Source: Gracilinanus agilis
Taxonomy: Eukaryota
Assembly (NCBI RefSeq): GCF_016433145.1
Contig: NC_058132.1
Location: 27,802,654 to 27,866,653 of the forward strand
DNA: 64,000 nucleotides
Direction: 5' to 3'
In this document: positions 61,381-64,000 of the stretch, piece by piece
Layout: every line of letters starts with the position of its first letter
Numbering within the stretch: the stretch's first letter is position 1
Notes under the pieces: model-generated
Databases searched by the model: none
Told to the model about the DNA's origin: nothing
Seen by the model: only the letters and a program-made list of their open reading frames with translations
Made by a program: the position numbers and the translations under genes

Positions 61381-63837
61381 CATGATTACTTGCTGCTAGT
61401 TCTGATAGCACATACATTAAAAGAACATCTCATTTGAAATATCCCAAGTTAAATTCTGGAATAAGTTCTCTAACATTACAACTTTTTTTTTTTCTGTTAC
61501 CACAATAAATAAATTACATTGTACCATATCAAAAATCATTAGCAATCCTCAACCCTTAAATCAATTCTTACATGAAAAATACTTCTAATTGTGGAGTAAA
61601 ATCTCCCTTTTGTCTTAAGGCTTAATTTTAAGTTGTCACAATATATGTTATTTGCTTTATAAATTTCCAAACCATATTTCCTTTGTATTAACTGTCTTTT
61701 ATTCTCTATGATATCTGCAGTTTCCCTTTTTATTTTAAATTTATGCTCCAATTGTGGTGAATTAGGGAAACCTGAATTTTTGCACAATCATTATTGATGT
61801 TATAAAGTTGCTATTAGCTTCTTGTTCATTTTTTCACTTTACAGAGCTAAGCTGGCAAGTCACACTTGATTGGTCACTGTACCTCTCTGAGCCTGTTCAC
61901 ATGAAGCTATTCTACATGTTTATTCTTACCCATAATAATATTTTTTCTTTAAACAAATTGCATGTTATTCCTTAGATCATGAATTTCTTCTAATACATTG
62001 CACATGCTTTTAAAATAATTTTATATCCTAATAAATTACAATGCTGTCCAAATTTTTTATATTCATAATATACTAGATTCCTAATGCAAAAATATTATTT
62101 TTGAATTACCAAAATTTGAAACCCTAATGTTAATTATATTTTTACCTATTACTTAATATGATGGTACAGATCTTAGAGTAACAATTTTACATATTCATAT
62201 GTTTTTCCTAAATTCAGTTCGATAAGCATTTTTGGTAAGTCTGATCATTCCTACACTGCAAATCCTAATAGATAGCTTTTCAATATAAGTTTTGTGCATT
62301 CTTAAATTTAACAAAATTCCATTTTTAACTAGTAGTCAATGAATTTACACAATACCATCAGTACCTATTTAGTTCCTTAGCAAATATATACTCTAATGGG
62401 TAGAGAAAGGTCCATGAGTTTGGGGGAGAATGGGCGACGATTTTTAGCTTCTCCTGCTGAACTGGGGCGGCGTGAATGATTCGCTCTCAACAAATAATTT
62501 TCTCATGGACCAGTCTCTGTCTAAAGGGATCTAATTTTGAAATGTAAGCCAATTGCATTGTTCTAATAATCTTTAAGTTAAATTTTTCACTAACATCAGT
62601 TTGATTAATGTTAGGTTGAACTCATGGTTGTTTAAAGAAGCTTTTTCACTCTGGGTTAAGCACTGAGCAAGACTGATGGTTTTTATTTATTTTTTGCTAG
62701 CTAGGAAAGTTAAGTTGCACTTCTATACTTCTGTACACAACTAAGAATCATTGCTTTCTCTCTCAATAAGTTTTTCTTAGATTGCATTTTAGAATCTTTT
62801 GTAATTTTCATTAGATATATGTCTCAGTACTTAACCTGTTGATAGAATTTGGTGATGGGATCAAATTTGTCCCTTTTTCTGTCTTTTGATTTCCATGTTC
62901 CCTTTCTCATGGCCAGTGAGAAATGGAAGGGGAAATGTTTGACAGATTAGTTTGTTTAACTCTTGCCTTAATAAGAGCAGAGAATAAGATTTCTTTTAAC
63001 CAATTAAATTATCTTAGAGTTAAAGACATTCAGAAATTACAATGTTATTTTCTGAATTTCTCTAACACCTCCGTCTGTCTTCCCCATTCCTCCGGAATGA
63101 ATGAAGAAGAGAGAGAGATTTATTTTTTCCCAACCTGTAACCCTCCCATTGTGATCACAGACAAACAACATATAACACACAGACAGATCATGGACACATT
63201 TCCCCGGGCATATCACACACACTCTGACAAATATAAAACATAAATTATATAAGCTAGATTTTTCTTTTCATCCTGGCAAAAGATCAATTGTTACAATTCA
63301 TATCTCCATGACTAAAGAATTCTGTGAAAAAGAATGAGTCAGAAAAGGGTTAATTCTTAAGAAAGAGCTGGCTGACATATGATAAATTTTGTTTCTTAAT
63401 TACTTTTCTTCATGCTTCAATAAGTATCCTAAAATAAATACACTTTTGCTTCTTCACTTTTCTGTGAAGTGGGACTCTGATACCTGCCTGAATAATTCCA
63501 GGTATGCCACATTGCTGGAAAGATTGATATAGCTAAGTGAAAATTGCTAAAACTTTTTACATTATCTGTGGCCATCACCAATTGGACTCCTTCCAAGGGA
63601 GAAAGAAAAAAACTATGACAAAACTGGTTTTTCTAGCTGAAGCAAAGTAGCCAGCTGCTTCTAAAAAGGGGGGGCAGAGAGGAAAATTTCTGGTCACTTT
63701 TAAATTTGCCGTTTAGTCCTAGAGAAAAATACGCTTTTCCTGGTGTCCTTCTAAGAAGGGCCCAGTGCCCTAATGCTTAATTTTGAGTAGGGGTGGGAGC
63801 TTGCTCAGGGCTCCATCCCCTTTTCCCCGAAGTCCTC

Positions 63838-63954
63838 TCAAAAGGATCCGGTGGTCTTAAACAAATTTTTCTTTTTTACCCTAATGCTTCTCTCCCTGAG
63901 GCTATTTTTAAATTCCTTAACATATAGGGCTTCCTTTGAGAGTGTTTTCCCCAT
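63838..63954 (-). pseudogene. gag: Betaretroviral gag start (matrix N-terminus), truncated
   Basis: MGKTLSKEALYVKEFKNSLRERSIRVKKKNL with an MGxxxS myristoylation signal resembles type-D/beta matrix (e.g. MPMV [27 protein letters not shown]); same strand as IN/env/LTR; too short for the ORF track. Confidence 0.75.
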
Positions 63955-64000
63955 TTCTCTTTCACACGCTCCTATGCTCGTACCAGTCACTTCCCCGAGT

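Noticed and set aside
62923-63243. 106-aa ORF in the ERV insert as a captured gene or non-retroviral viral element
   Set aside because: Antisense to the provirus and no recognisable domain; no filovirus, bornavirus or parvovirus-like motif seen by eye

Overview
Eukaryotic genomic DNA from a marsupial, most likely the opossum Monodelphis domestica, judged from the SINE1_Mdo-like, MAR1/MIR-like and L1_Mdo-like repeats. The region is syntenic with human 19q13.2. The GC-rich left ~42 kb holds four intact genes, reconstructed by hand with GT-AG boundaries and consistent phases: PAK4 (+, CpG-island promoter near 1-860, 8 coding exons 23084-28216, 615 aa), NCCRP1 (+, 6 exons 32447-37034, 258 aa), SYCN (-, single coding exon 38548-38958, 136 aa) and one type III interferon (IFNL1/2/3-type, -, 5 exons 39932-41414, 191 aa) with an NF-kB/ISRE promoter and an AU-rich 3'UTR. 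The AT-rich, repeat-dense right ~22 kb holds the most unusual structures. (1) Two gene-less copies of the IFNL ISRE promoter segment sit in the arms of a ~2.4 kb inverted repeat whose identity rises toward the centre. (2) A defective minus-strand endogenous retrovirus has a betaretroviral gag start and integrase, a gamma-type env TM and an ISRE-bearing 3' LTR, and most of its gag-pro-pol is replaced by ~3.5 kb of foreign AT-rich sequence. (3) Inside that insert is a long hairpin whose 10 core arm differences are all G.U pairs on the viral-sense strand, in ADAR-like context. Family names, human comparisons and motif consensuses are from memory; no database search was run.
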